Shown piece by piece: positions 24,915 to 34,163 of a DNA stretch of 35,890 bases (the first letter of the stretch is position 1; each line of letters opens with the position of its first letter). Made by a program: the position numbers and the translations under genes. The stretch lies in assembly GCA_043740535.1 (NCBI GenBank), contig JAYUCA010000095.1, positions 1-35,890 on the forward strand. The letters are read 5' to 3'. This stretch comes from Rhodospirillales bacterium. GTDB lineage: Bacteria > Pseudomonadota > Alphaproteobacteria > Acetobacterales > Acetobacteraceae. The notes under the pieces were generated by a model that made no database searches, was not told the origin of the DNA, and saw only the letters and a program-made list of their open reading frames with translations.

Positions 24915-27770
24915 ATGAACATCGTGACCCGCCCCGGCGACCTCGTGGCCGGCAACCCGCTGAAGCAGCTTGAAGCCTTCGGCCAGTCCCCCTGGCTCGA
25001 CTTTATCCAGCGCAGCTTCACCGCGACCGGCCTGCAGGAGCTGATCGACCGCGACGGGCTGAAGGGGATCACCAGCAACCCCGCCATCTTCGAGAAGGCG
25101 ATGGGCCACGGCACCGACTATGACGCGGGGTTCAAGGCCCTTGCCGCCGCCGCGGACCACGATGCGCAGGATCTTTACGAGCACCTGGCCATCGAGGACA
25201 TCCAGCATGCCGCCGACAAGATGCGCCCGGTGTGGGAGGCGACCGGCAAGGTGGACGGCTACATCAGCCTCGAAGTCTCCCCCTATCTGGCGCTCCGCAC
25301 CGACGAGACCATCACCGAGGCCCGCCGGCTTTGGGCCGCAGTCGGCCGCGAGAACCTGATGGTCAAAGTCCCCGGCACCACGGCCGGCGTGCCTGCCATC
25401 CGCACCCTGATCGCCGACGGCATCAACATCAACGTGACCTTGCTGTTCGCGCAATCCGCCTACGAGGCCGTCGCCGAAGCCTTCATCGCCGGGCTCGAGG
25501 ACCGGGTGGCCAAGGGCGGCGCCATCGCCGGCCTGTCCAGCGTCGCCAGCTTCTTCGTCAGCCGCATCGACGCCGTGATGGACGGCAAGATCGACGCCCG
25601 CGTCGCCAAGGGCGAAGGCGCCCTGAAAGCCCTCCGCGGCAAGGTCGCCATCGCCAACGCCAAGCTGGCCTACCAGACCTACCTCAAGCTGGTCGCCTCG
25701 CCCCGCTGGCAGGCGCTGGCCGCCAAGGGCGCGCTGCCGCAGCGCCTGCTCTGGGCCAGCACCGGGGTCAAGGACAAGGCCTACAGCGACGTGCTGTACG
25801 TCGAGGAGCTGATCGGCCGCGACACCGTCAACACCATCCCGCCCGCCACGATGGACGCCTTCCGCGACCACGGCCGGGTGCGCGAGAGCCTGACCGAAAA
25901 CGTCGATGCCGCCCGGAAAATCCTCGCCGACACGGAAACGGCCGGGCTCGACCTGCAATCCGTCGCCGACAAGCTGGTTCAGGACGGCGTCACCCTGTTC
26001 GCCGAGGCCGCCGACAAACTGCTGGGCGCCGTCGCCGCCAAGCGCACCGCTATGCTGGGCCACCGCATCGCCACGCTGGACCTGAAGCCTTCCGAGGCGC
26101 TGGCGCCGGCGGTGGCGGCCACGCGCGACGACTGGCGCAAATCCGGCCGGCTGCGCGACCTCTGGGCCCATGACGCCCAGGTCTGGACCGGCAATGAGGA
26201 GGCCAAATGGCTCGGCTGGCTGCGCGTGGTGGACGACCGCACCGCGGACCTGCCGGCGCTGCTGGCCTTCCAGGACGAGGTCAAGGCCGCCGGCTTCAAG
26301 CACATCCTGCTGCTCGGCATGGGCGGATCGAGCCTGGGGCCGGAAGTCTTCGCCGAGACCTTCGGCCACATCGCGGGCTTCCCGGAACTGCTGGTGCTGG
26401 ACAGCACCGACCCGCAGCAGATCGCCGCCTTCGCCGCCCGCATCGACATGGCGCGCACCCTCTGCATCGTCAGCAGCAAGTCCGGCAGCACGCTGGAGCC
26501 GAACATCCTGAAGGCCTTCTTCTGGGACCGCATGACCCAGGCGGTTGGCGCCAAGGCCGGCGAACACTTCGTCGCCGTCACCGACCCCGGCTCCAAGATG
26601 CAGAAAGTGGCCGAGGGCGATGGATTTCGAAAAATCTTCATGGGTGACCCGACAATCGGCGGCCGCTACTCCGTGCTGTCGAATTTCGGCCTCGTCCCCG
26701 CCGCCGCCATGGGCGTCGATCTCAGGGCCTTCCTCGAAGCCGCCACGCTTATGGTCAACGCCTGCGCCGCCGGCGCCCCGCCGGACGCCAATCCCGGCGT
26801 CCAGCTCGGCATCCTGCTCGGCGAGGCCTGCAAGGCCGGCCGCAACAAGGTCACCATCGTCGCCGGACCCGGCCTCGAAGACGTCGGCGCATGGCTGGAA
26901 CAGCTGCTGGCCGAAAGCACCGGCAAGCAGGGCCACGGCATCGTCCCCGTGGATCAGGAGGCGCTGGGCGCCCCCGCCGTCTATGGCGCGGACCGCCTTT
27001 TCGCCTACCTGACGATCGCCGGCCACGCCGACCCGGCGCAAGACGCCGCCATCGCCGCGCTGGAAGCCGCCGGCCATCCGGTCGCGCGCCTGGCCCTGGC
27101 GGACAGGATGCAGGTCGGCCAGGCCTTCTACCTGTGGGAGTTCGCGACCGCCGTCGCCGGCAGCGTCATCGGCATCGACCCCTTCGACCAGCCGGACGTC
27201 GAGGCCAGCAAGACCGAGACCCGCAAGCTGACCGACGCCTACGCGAAGGACGGCCACCTGCCGCCCGAAACGCCGTTCCTGGACCAGGACGGCATCAAGC
27301 TGTTCACCGACCTGGCGAACCAGGCCGCACTCGGCGCCGGCGGCCTCGATGCCGTCATCAAGGCGCACCTCGCCCGCGCCGGCGCCGGCGACTACGTGGC
27401 CCTGCTGGCCTACATCCAGCGCAACCCCGCGCACATCGCCACCCTGACCGGCCTTCGCAACCGCATCCGCGACGCGAAACACGTCGCGACCTGCGTGGGC
27501 TTCGGTCCGCGCTTCCTGCATTCCACCGGCCAGACCTACAAGGGCGGCCCCAACAGCGGCGTCATCCTGCAGATCACCGCCGATGACGCCGCCGACCTGC
27601 CCGTGCCCGGCGAAAACTACAGCTTCGGCATCGTCAAGGCCGCGCAGGCGCGCGGCGACTTCGACGTGCTGGCCGAACGCCACCGCCGGGCGCTGCGGGT
27701 GCATCTGGGCCAGGACGTGGATGCCGGGCTGGCCCGCCTGGCCAAGGCCGTCGATGCCGCTCTCGCCTGA
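24915..27770 (+). CDS. tal-pgi: Bifunctional transaldolase / glucose-6-phosphate isomerase fusion
   Basis: 951 aa. The N-terminal half is transaldolase-like (SPWLDFIQR...GITSNPAIFEKA...ISLEVSP...MVKVPGT). The C-terminal half is PGI-like (LLGMGGSSLGPEV...VSSKSGSTLEP...GGRYSVLS). AGGGAGA SD upstream. Confidence 0.9.
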   Translation: MNIVTRPGDLVAGNPLKQLEAFGQSPWLDFIQRSFTATGLQELIDRDGLKGITSNPAIFEKAMGHGTDYDAGFKALAAAADHDAQDLYEHLAIEDIQHAADKMRPVWEATGKVDGYISLEVSPYLALRTDETITEARRLWAAVGRENLMVKVPGTTAGVPAIRTLIADGININVTLLFAQSAYEAVAEAFIAGLEDRVAKGGAIAGLSSVASFFVSRIDAVMDGKIDARVAKGEGALKALRGKVAIANAKLAYQTYLKLVASPRWQALAAKGALPQRLLWASTGVKDKAYSDVLYVEELIGRDTVNTIPPATMDAFRDHGRVRESLTENVDAARKILADTETAGLDLQSVADKLVQDGVTLFAEAADKLLGAVAAKRTAMLGHRIATLDLKPSEALAPAVAATRDDWRKSGRLRDLWAHDAQVWTGNEEAKWLGWLRVVDDRTADLPALLAFQDEVKAAGFKHILLLGMGGSSLGPEVFAETFGHIAGFPELLVLDSTDPQQIAAFAARIDMARTLCIVSSKSGSTLEPNILKAFFWDRMTQAVGAKAGEHFVAVTDPGSKMQKVAEGDGFRKIFMGDPTIGGRYSVLSNFGLVPAAAMGVDLRAFLEAATLMVNACAAGAPPDANPGVQLGILLGEACKAGRNKVTIVAGPGLEDVGAWLEQLLAESTGKQGHGIVPVDQEALGAPAVYGADRLFAYLTIAGHADPAQDAAIAALEAAGHPVARLALADRMQVGQAFYLWEFATAVAGSVIGIDPFDQPDVEASKTETRKLTDAYAKDGHLPPETPFLDQDGIKLFTDLANQAALGAGGLDAVIKAHLARAGAGDYVALLAYIQRNPAHIATLTGLRNRIRDAKHVATCVGFGPRFLHSTGQTYKGGPNSGVILQITADDAADLPVPGENYSFGIVKAAQARGDFDVLAERHRRALRVHLGQDVDAGLARLAKAVDAALA

Positions 27771-27794
27771 TACTGTCGAAGCAAGGGGACTCGC

Positions 27795-28781
27795 ATGGAA
27801 CTCGGGATCATCGGCCTTGGCCGCATGGGCGGCAACATCAGCCTGCGTTTGATGCGGGCCGGGCACAAGACCGTGGTGTATGACCGCAACGCCGATGCGG
27901 TCGCGCACATCGCGTCCGAGGGCGCCAAGGGCGCCACCGGCCTCGCCGACATGATCAAGGCGCTGACCCCGCCGCGCGCCGTCTGGGTCATGCTGCCCTC
28001 TGGCCCCATCACGGAGGCGACGATCGACGAGCTGGCCGGGCTGATGGACGTCGGCGACACCATCATCGACGGCGGCAACACCTACTACAAGGACGACATC
28101 CGCCGCGCGAAGACGCTGCACCCGCAGGGCATCACCTATATCGACGTCGGCACCTCCGGCGGCGTCTGGGGGCTCGACCGCGGCTACTGCATGATGATCG
28201 GCGGCGACAAGGAAGCCGTGACCCGGCTGGACCCCATCTTCCAGGCGCTGGCCCCCGGCAAGGGCCATATCGACGTCACCCCCGGGCGCGAGGGCCGCGA
28301 CCCGCGCGCCGAGCAGGGCTACATCCACGCGGGCCCGGCCGGCGCCGGGCACTTCGTCAAGATGGTGCATAACGGCATCGAGTACGGCCTGATGCAGGCC
28401 TACGCCGAGGGCTTCGACATCCTGCACCACAAGACCAGCACGGAGCTGCCGGAAGATGAGCGCTTCACCATCGATGTCGCCGACGTGGCCGAGGTCTGGC
28501 GCCGCGGCAGCGTCGTCTCGTCCTGGCTGCTGGATTTGACGGCGATCGCTCTGGCCGAGAACGAGACGCTCAGCAACTTCGTCGGCGGCGTGGCCGACAG
28601 CGGCGAGGGCCGTTGGACCGTGGAGGCGGCGGTGGAAGAGGCCGTCCCCGTCCCCGTGCTGTCCGCCAGCCTGTTCGCCCGCTTCCGCAGCCGGCGGGAG
28701 CACACCTTCGCCGACAAGCTGCTGAGCGCCATGCGCGCCCAGTTCGGCGGCCACGCCGAGGCCAAGATCGAAGGCTCCTGA
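27795..28781 (+). CDS. gnd: 6-phosphogluconate dehydrogenase, decarboxylating (short form)
   Basis: [24 protein letters not shown]...[11 protein letters not shown]...GTSGGVWG...[24 protein letters not shown]. Confidence 0.9.
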   Translation: MELGIIGLGRMGGNISLRLMRAGHKTVVYDRNADAVAHIASEGAKGATGLADMIKALTPPRAVWVMLPSGPITEATIDELAGLMDVGDTIIDGGNTYYKDDIRRAKTLHPQGITYIDVGTSGGVWGLDRGYCMMIGGDKEAVTRLDPIFQALAPGKGHIDVTPGREGRDPRAEQGYIHAGPAGAGHFVKMVHNGIEYGLMQAYAEGFDILHHKTSTELPEDERFTIDVADVAEVWRRGSVVSSWLLDLTAIALAENETLSNFVGGVADSGEGRWTVEAAVEEAVPVPVLSASLFARFRSRREHTFADKLLSAMRAQFGGHAEAKIEGS

Positions 28782-28794
28782 CCCGTGCCCCGTA

Positions 28795-28822
28795 GGGCGG
28801 AAAAGCGAAGCGTCATCCGCCC
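28795..28822. repeat. REP-like stem-loop in the gnd-zwf spacer
   Basis: GGGCGGA-aaagcgaagcgtca-TCCGCCC: a perfect 7-bp GC-rich stem with a 14-nt loop. No T-tract follows. Confidence 0.4.
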
Positions 28823-28870
28823 CTTGCCAAGCGCAACCCCTGCCCACTGCCCGCTCGAGAGCCCGCACGC

Positions 28871-30415
28871 ATGGACATGAACGCCCCGCTCCCCGGCCGC
28901 CTGAGCGGCGCCGAAGGCCTGGCCCAGGCGCCCAAGGCCCCGCCCACCACCCTCGTCATCTTCGGTGGCGGCGGCGACCTCACCAAACGCCTGTTGATGC
29001 CGTCGCTCTACAACCTCGAGCTCAGCAAGCTGCTCGACGACGGCTTCCAGGTCATCGCCGTCGATCGCAACGAGCAGGACGAGGCCGCCTATCGCGACGG
29101 GCTTACCACCGCCATGCAGGGCTTCGTCGGCTCGAAGGGCGGCGAGAGCGAGATCAACAGCCTGAACATGGACACCTGGGGCTGGGTGCGTGACCGCCTG
29201 CATTACCAGCAGGGCGACTTTGGCGACGACGCGACCTACCAGACCCTTGCGGCCCGCATCCCGGGCAACGCCATCTTCTACCTCGCCGTCGCCGCCCGCT
29301 TCTTCGGCCCCATCATCGAGAAGCTCGCTGCGTCCGGCCTCACCACCCAGGCGGGCGGCCGGTTCCGCCGGGTCGTCGTCGAAAAACCCTTCGGCCATGA
29401 CCTGGCCAGCGCCAAGGCGCTGAACACGCTGATCCTGGACCGCATGGACGAGAACCAGGTCTTCCGCATCGACCACTTCCTCGGCAAGGAAACCGTCCAG
29501 AACATCATGGCGCTGCGCTTCAGCAACGGCATCTTCGAGCCGCTGTGGAACCGCTTCTACATCGACCACGTGCAGATCACCGCCGCCGAGACCGTCGGCG
29601 TCGAGGAACGCGCCCGCTTCTACGAGCCCACCGGCGCGCTGCGCGACATGGTGCCGAACCACATGTTCCAGCTTCTCGCCGTGACGGCGATGGAGCCGCC
29701 CAACGCCTTCGACGCCGACTCCGTCCGCGCCGAGAAGGCCAAGGTGATCCAGGCGATCAAGCCGTGGGACCCGATGCGCGTCGCCCGCGACACCGTGCGC
29801 GGCCAGTACACCGCCGGCATGCTGAACGACCAGCCCACCTGCGGCTACCGCCAGGAGCCGGACGTGGCCCCGGTCAGCGTGACCGAGACCTACGTCGCCA
29901 TGCGGCTCAAGATCGACAACTTCCGCTGGGCCGGCGTGCCGTTCTATATCCGCACCGGCAAGCGCCTGGGCGTCCGCCGCACCGAGATCGCGATCCACTT
30001 CAAGCAGGCGCCCTACGCGATGTTCCGCGACACGCCCGTCGATCGTCTGACGCCCAACATCATGGTCCTGCACATCCAGCCCAGCGAGGGCATCACCCTG
30101 AACCTCAGCGCCAAGATCCCCGGTCCGAAGCTCGTCCTCGGCGGCGTCGCGATGAACTTCAAGTACAGCGACTACTTCCACGCCCCCAGCAGCACCGGCT
30201 ACGAAACCCTGCTGTACGACGTGATGATGGGCGACGCGACGCTGTTCCAGCGCGCCGACATGGTGGAGGCCGGCTGGGCCGCGACGCAGCCGCTGCTGGA
30301 CGAATGGGCCGCGGGGCGCACGAAGGTGCAGTGGTACGAAGCCGGGTCGCACGGGCCCGAGGCCGCCGACCGCCTGCTGGACCGCGACGGCCGCCACTGG
30401 CTGCCTTTGCCATGA
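28871..30415 (+). CDS. zwf: Glucose-6-phosphate 1-dehydrogenase
   Basis: 514 aa. LVIFGGGGDLTKRLLMPSLYNL, RIDHFLGKETVQNIMALRFSN, EPTGALRDMVPNHMFQLL. Confidence 0.95.
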   Translation: MDMNAPLPGRLSGAEGLAQAPKAPPTTLVIFGGGGDLTKRLLMPSLYNLELSKLLDDGFQVIAVDRNEQDEAAYRDGLTTAMQGFVGSKGGESEINSLNMDTWGWVRDRLHYQQGDFGDDATYQTLAARIPGNAIFYLAVAARFFGPIIEKLAASGLTTQAGGRFRRVVVEKPFGHDLASAKALNTLILDRMDENQVFRIDHFLGKETVQNIMALRFSNGIFEPLWNRFYIDHVQITAAETVGVEERARFYEPTGALRDMVPNHMFQLLAVTAMEPPNAFDADSVRAEKAKVIQAIKPWDPMRVARDTVRGQYTAGMLNDQPTCGYRQEPDVAPVSVTETYVAMRLKIDNFRWAGVPFYIRTGKRLGVRRTEIAIHFKQAPYAMFRDTPVDRLTPNIMVLHIQPSEGITLNLSAKIPGPKLVLGGVAMNFKYSDYFHAPSSTGYETLLYDVMMGDATLFQRADMVEAGWAATQPLLDEWAAGRTKVQWYEAGSHGPEAADRLLDRDGRHWLPLP

Positions 30416-31221
30416 CGATCAGACTCGTCATCTCCGACGTCGACGGCACCATCGTCCAGCCGGACAAGACGCTGTCTGCCGGCACCATGGCCGCTGCCCA
30501 GCGCCTGCAGGCCGCCGGCATCCCGCTGGCCATCGTCAGCGCCCGCCCGCCCCGCGGCATGCGCTGGATCACCGAGGCGCTGATGCTGAAGGCGCCCTCG
30601 GCCGGCTTCAACGGCGGCGCCATCCTGGCCCCCGACGGCACCGTCATCGAGTGGAACCCGGCCCCCACAGACATGGTGCAGAAGGCGCTCGGCCTGTTCG
30701 CCGCCCGCGGCATCGACGCCTGGCTGTTCACCCAGGACGAATGGCTGATCCGCGACGCGAACGGCGTCTATGTCGCCCACGAACGCCACACCGTGCGGTT
30801 CGAGGCGCGGGTGGCGCCCAGCTTCGACCCCTATGTCGCCCAGGTGGGCAAGCTGGTCGGCGTCTCCGACAACTTCGAGAAGCTGGCCGCCGTCGAGGCC
30901 GAGCTGCAGGGCATCGTCGGCGCCGGCGCCACCGCCCATCTGTCGCAGAAATACTACCTCGACCTCACCCACCCCAACGCGAACAAGGGCTACGCCGTGC
31001 AGGCCATCGCCCGGCATCTGGGCGTCGGACTGCCCGATGTCGCGGTGCTCGGCGACATGGCGAACGACATCCCGATGTTCAAGGTCGCCGGCTTCTCGGT
31101 CGCGATGGGCAACGGCACGGACGCCGTCAAGGCCGAAGCCTCGGCCACGACGGGCGCGAACGACCACGAGGGCTGGGCCGACGCCGTCGACGCGCTGATC
31201 CTGCCGAAGACGCATGGCTGA
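30412..31221 (+). CDS. Cof-type HAD-IIB family phosphatase
   Basis: ATG overlaps the zwf stop (ATGA). MTIRLVISDVDGTIV...IVSARPP...NKGYAV...LGDMANDIPMFKVAGFSVAMGNG. Confidence 0.85.
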   Translation: MTIRLVISDVDGTIVQPDKTLSAGTMAAAQRLQAAGIPLAIVSARPPRGMRWITEALMLKAPSAGFNGGAILAPDGTVIEWNPAPTDMVQKALGLFAARGIDAWLFTQDEWLIRDANGVYVAHERHTVRFEARVAPSFDPYVAQVGKLVGVSDNFEKLAAVEAELQGIVGAGATAHLSQKYYLDLTHPNANKGYAVQAIARHLGVGLPDVAVLGDMANDIPMFKVAGFSVAMGNGTDAVKAEASATTGANDHEGWADAVDALILPKTHG

Positions 31222-31912
31222 CATCGTCCACCCCGACCTGGCCTCGTTGGCCGAGGCGGCTGCCGCCTGGATGGTCGATGCCTTCACCGCCCGCCCGGGC
31301 CGCCTGTCCGTCGCGCTGTCCGGCGGCTCCACGCCGAAGCTGCTGTATGAAACCCTGGCGCTGCCGCCCTACCGCGACCGGATGCCGTGGGACCGCGTGC
31401 ACTGGTTCTGGGGCGACGAGCGCTTCGTCCCTCCAGAAGACCCGCGCAGCAACCAGGCCATGACCCGGCACGCGCTGCTGGACCACGCCCCCGTGCCCCC
31501 GGACCACATCCATCCCATCCCGACGGTCGGCCTGACCCCCGGGCACGCCGCCCTCGCCTACGAGGCGACGCTGCGCGCCTTCCACGGCGGCAACCTGGCG
31601 CAACCCTTGTTCGACCTGGTGTTGCTGGGACTCGGCACGAACGGCCATACCGCGTCGTTGTTCCCAGGCGAGGCCGTGCTGACCGAGCGCACCGCCTGGG
31701 CCGCCGCGGTCTCACCCCCTGGCGAGCCCACCCGCATCACGCTGACCTGGCCGCCGCTGGAAAGCTGCCATGACGCAGCGTTCCTGGTAGCCGGCGCGGA
31801 AAAGCAGGACGTCGTCCGCCGCGTGCGCGCTGGCGACGTTTCGCAGCCCGCCGCGCTGTATCGGCCCGCGGGCAGGCTGCACTGGTGGCTGGACGCGTCG
31901 GCGGCCGGGTAA
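31214..31912 (+). CDS. pgl: 6-phosphogluconolactonase
   Basis: 232 aa. VALSGGSTPKLLYETLA...VHWFWGDERFVPPEDPRSN...FDLVLLGLGTNGHTASLFPG. Overlaps the HAD gene by 8 nt. Confidence 0.9.
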   Translation: MADIVHPDLASLAEAAAAWMVDAFTARPGRLSVALSGGSTPKLLYETLALPPYRDRMPWDRVHWFWGDERFVPPEDPRSNQAMTRHALLDHAPVPPDHIHPIPTVGLTPGHAALAYEATLRAFHGGNLAQPLFDLVLLGLGTNGHTASLFPGEAVLTERTAWAAAVSPPGEPTRITLTWPPLESCHDAAFLVAGAEKQDVVRRVRAGDVSQPAALYRPAGRLHWWLDASAAG

Positions 31913-31925
31913 CGGCGTGATGCCG

Positions 31926-33008
31926 TCAGCTGGCAGCCGGTGGCATCGACTCGCCCAGTGACTGCATCAGCCGGTTCGCGTTGGCGAACATCGCGATGGC
32001 GTGGATCAGGTCCAGCACCTCCAGGTCCGCAAGGCCCGCTGCCCGCAAGGGGGCCAGGTCTCCGCCCGTGACCGCGCCCGGCGTGGCCGTCAGCTTGGCC
32101 GCGAACGCCACGATGGCGGCGCGGCGTGCATCCAACGGGGCGGCGAGGCCCTCGTCCAGCAGGCGCTGCATCGTCTCGGGCTCGCGCGTCAGCTCGGCGA
32201 AGCGGCGGGCGTGGACCGAGCAGCAGTAGACGCAGCCATTGACCATGGACACGATCGCGGTGGCCAGCTCCCGCTCAGCGCGCGGCAGGCCGCGGGGGGC
32301 GTACATCACGCTGTTGAACAGTGCGCCACGCTCGCCGAGCGAGGCGGGGTCCTGCGCCAGCGTCAGGAAGTAGGTCGAGCGGCGCACGGCGGGCGGGCAG
32401 GCGTCCAGGGCGGCGAGTTGCGCGGGTGTCGCCGTGGCGGCGTCGACGGGCGGCAGGCGTGGGGACCAGCCGACTTCGGCCATGGTGAAGCGGGCGGGCG
32501 CCGCATGGATGGCGGCCGGGACCGCCTCGCCGCCTTCATGCTGCATCGCCCGCAGCCCGGCCAGCAGGCGGACCTGGAAGGGCACGAAGGCCGCAAGCTG
32601 CGTCGATGCCACGATGTCCTGCGGCGAGAGGCCGTGCGCCGCGAGCGCATCGATGTCGGACTGGCCGATGCGTGCCGGGTGGGCGGCGACGGCGTCACCG
32701 TAGCGCATCAGCAGCGGGAAGCGGCCCGGCCCCACCGGCGGGGCCTCGGCGATTGCCGCCTCCGCCTGGGTCAACAGCGTGCGGAGGTGGGCGGCCAGCG
32801 CCGTGTCGCCATCGGCGAGTGCCACCCGCAGCGCGAGGGAGGCGCGTTCCACCAGCGTCATGCCGCCGGGGTGCGCCGGGGTCACCAGCTCCCGATAGGC
32901 GCCGTGCGCATGCAGGCGGATATCGGCCCGCGCCTTCCGCAGCGTCGCCAGCGCGGACTCCGCGGGGAGTGCGAGCAAGGCGTCGATCAGATCGGGGGCG
33001 TCGGTCAT
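31926..33008 (-). CDS. Two-domain carboxymuconolactone-decarboxylase (CMD)/AhpD-like peroxidase-related protein
   Basis: Start at ATG 33008 (MTDAPDLIDALL...). The C-terminal half has the AhpD-type motif NGCVYCCSVH (CxxCxxxH). The track's GTG start at 33134 is rejected because it reads through an intrinsic terminator. Confidence 0.8.
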   Translation of the reverse strand: MTDAPDLIDALLALPAESALATLRKARADIRLHAHGAYRELVTPAHPGGMTLVERASLALRVALADGDTALAAHLRTLLTQAEAAIAEAPPVGPGRFPLLMRYGDAVAAHPARIGQSDIDALAAHGLSPQDIVASTQLAAFVPFQVRLLAGLRAMQHEGGEAVPAAIHAAPARFTMAEVGWSPRLPPVDAATATPAQLAALDACPPAVRRSTYFLTLAQDPASLGERGALFNSVMYAPRGLPRAERELATAIVSMVNGCVYCCSVHARRFAELTREPETMQRLLDEGLAAPLDARRAAIVAFAAKLTATPGAVTGGDLAPLRAAGLADLEVLDLIHAIAMFANANRLMQSLGESMPPAAS

Positions 33009-33046
33009 GGCGGAACCCTTCTGCTGCAAGCAGGCGACTGCCAGGC

Positions 33047-33077
33047 AAAAAAAATGGCGACGCTCGAAAGCGCCGCC
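33047..33077 (-). terminator. Rho-independent terminator
   Basis: Minus-strand RNA GGCGGCGCU-UUCG-AGCGUCGCC followed by AUUUUUUUUG. 9-bp stem with one mismatch, UUCG tetraloop, and a U8 tract (A8 at 33047-33054 on the plus strand). Confidence 0.7.
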
Positions 33078-33128
33078 AAGTTTAGGGAGGAAACGTCCTG
33101 CAGCAGAACGGCAAGCCGTCGTGCTGCG
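33047..33128 (-). ncRNA. Candidate ~80-nt sRNA or 5' leader/attenuator of the CMD/AhpD gene
   Basis: Putative promoter, then stem-loop GCAGCA..ACGG-cuug-CCGU..UGCUGC (33100-33127), small hairpin AGGA-cguu-UCCU, then the terminator. Ends 38 nt before the CMD ATG. Predicted only. Confidence 0.3.
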
Positions 33129-33134
33129 CTGCAC

Positions 33135-33162
33135 AATTTATCGCATTTGCTTTCAGATGCAA
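33135..33162 (-). promoter_or_regulatory. Putative sigma70-type promoter TTGCAT-N16-TAAATT
   Basis: Minus-strand -35 at 33162-33157 and -10 at 33140-33135, in a locally AT-richer patch downstream of the hydratase stop. Pattern match only. Confidence 0.3.
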
Positions 33163-33224
33163 GGGGCAATCCAGATGATATTTTCCGCCTGGGGCCCTGC
33201 GTCTGGCGTCGCGCACGCCCATGG

Positions 33225-34049
33225 TCAGCGCCCCGTGAAGGCCGGCCTGCGCTTTTCCATGAACGCTGTGCGCCCTTCGGTGTAGTCCGCGCTGTCGAAG
33301 CAGGCGGACACGACCGTCGTGACGCCATCCATGTCGCGGTCCGCTGCGTCCTTCATACATTGGCCCAGGATGAACTTCATGCCGGTGATGCTCAGCGGCG
33401 CGTTGCCGGCGATGGTCTTCGCCAGCGTATCGACAGCGGCGTCGAGCGCGTCGTCGGCGACGACCTGGTTGACGAGGCCGATGCGCCCGGCCTCGGCCGC
33501 GTCCATGCGGTCACCGGTGAACAGCATGGTGCGTGCCTGCGCCTGCCCCACCAGGCTGATCAGCCTGCCGACCATGTCGAAGCCATAGGCGATTCCGAGG
33601 CGGGCGGCAGGGATGCCGAAGGCGCTGCTGACGGAGGCGATGCGGATGTCCGCCTGCATCGCGATGCCCAGGCCGCCGCCCAGGCAGAAGCCCTGAATGC
33701 GGGCGATGACGGGCTTCGGGTAGCTGGCCAGCGTGCGGCGGCCGGCGCTGGTGAGCTTGTCGTATTCCTTCTGCGCGTCGGCATTGCTGCGGCTTTTGGC
33801 GAACTGGCTGATGTCTGCGCCCGACACGAACGCCTTGTCTCCGGCGCCGGTCAGCACCACGACGCGAACCGCCGGGTCATGCTCCCATTTTTCGAGGAAG
33901 CCGGTCATGCCGTCCCACATCTCGACGGACATGGCGTTGCGCTTTTCCGGCTGGTTGAACGTGATGCGGCCCACGCCGTCATGCACCGAGGCGAGCATCT
34001 TGCCTCCGGCGGCTTCCATCGTGGTCGGATGGGTGGCGATCTGGTCCAT
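33225..34049 (-). CDS. Enoyl-CoA hydratase/isomerase (crotonase) family protein
   Basis: 274 aa. GRITFNQPEKRNAMS...VVVLTGAGDKAFVSGADISQF...IARIQGFCLGGGLGIAMQADIRIA. GGGAGAG SD upstream of ATG 34049. Confidence 0.9.
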   Translation of the reverse strand: MDQIATHPTTMEAAGGKMLASVHDGVGRITFNQPEKRNAMSVEMWDGMTGFLEKWEHDPAVRVVVLTGAGDKAFVSGADISQFAKSRSNADAQKEYDKLTSAGRRTLASYPKPVIARIQGFCLGGGLGIAMQADIRIASVSSAFGIPAARLGIAYGFDMVGRLISLVGQAQARTMLFTGDRMDAAEAGRIGLVNQVVADDALDAAVDTLAKTIAGNAPLSITGMKFILGQCMKDAADRDMDGVTTVVSACFDSADYTEGRTAFMEKRRPAFTGR

Positions 34050-34163
34050 CGAGGCTCTCCCGTTTCGTGGCGAGGTTAGGCGGGCCGGGTCGGGTTGGCG
34101 AGAGAGAGGTAAAATCTGCGATACGGGCCGATAAGGAATGTACTGCTTTTTGCACTACGTTGA

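Noticed and set aside
24900-28868. 1,322-aa minus ORF opposite tal-pgi and gnd
   Set aside because: It spans two well-supported plus-strand genes and their spacer. The composition (Gly/Ala/Asp/Val/Arg) is typical of antisense frames in high-GC DNA.
28400-30397. 665-aa minus ORF opposite zwf, and the plus ORF 29545-31221 (N-terminal part)
   Set aside because: Antisense or alternate frame of zwf. Only the last 269 codons of 29545-31221, from ATG 30412, form the HAD phosphatase.
33009-33134. 42-codon N-terminal extension of the CMD/AhpD ORF (GTG start at 33134)
   Set aside because: It would translate through the intrinsic terminator hairpin and U8 tract. The ATG at 33008 with an AAGGG SD gives a normal N-terminus.
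32001-34079. 692-aa plus ORF spanning the CMD gene, the spacer and the hydratase gene
   Set aside because: It crosses an intergenic terminator and is antisense to two motif-supported genes.
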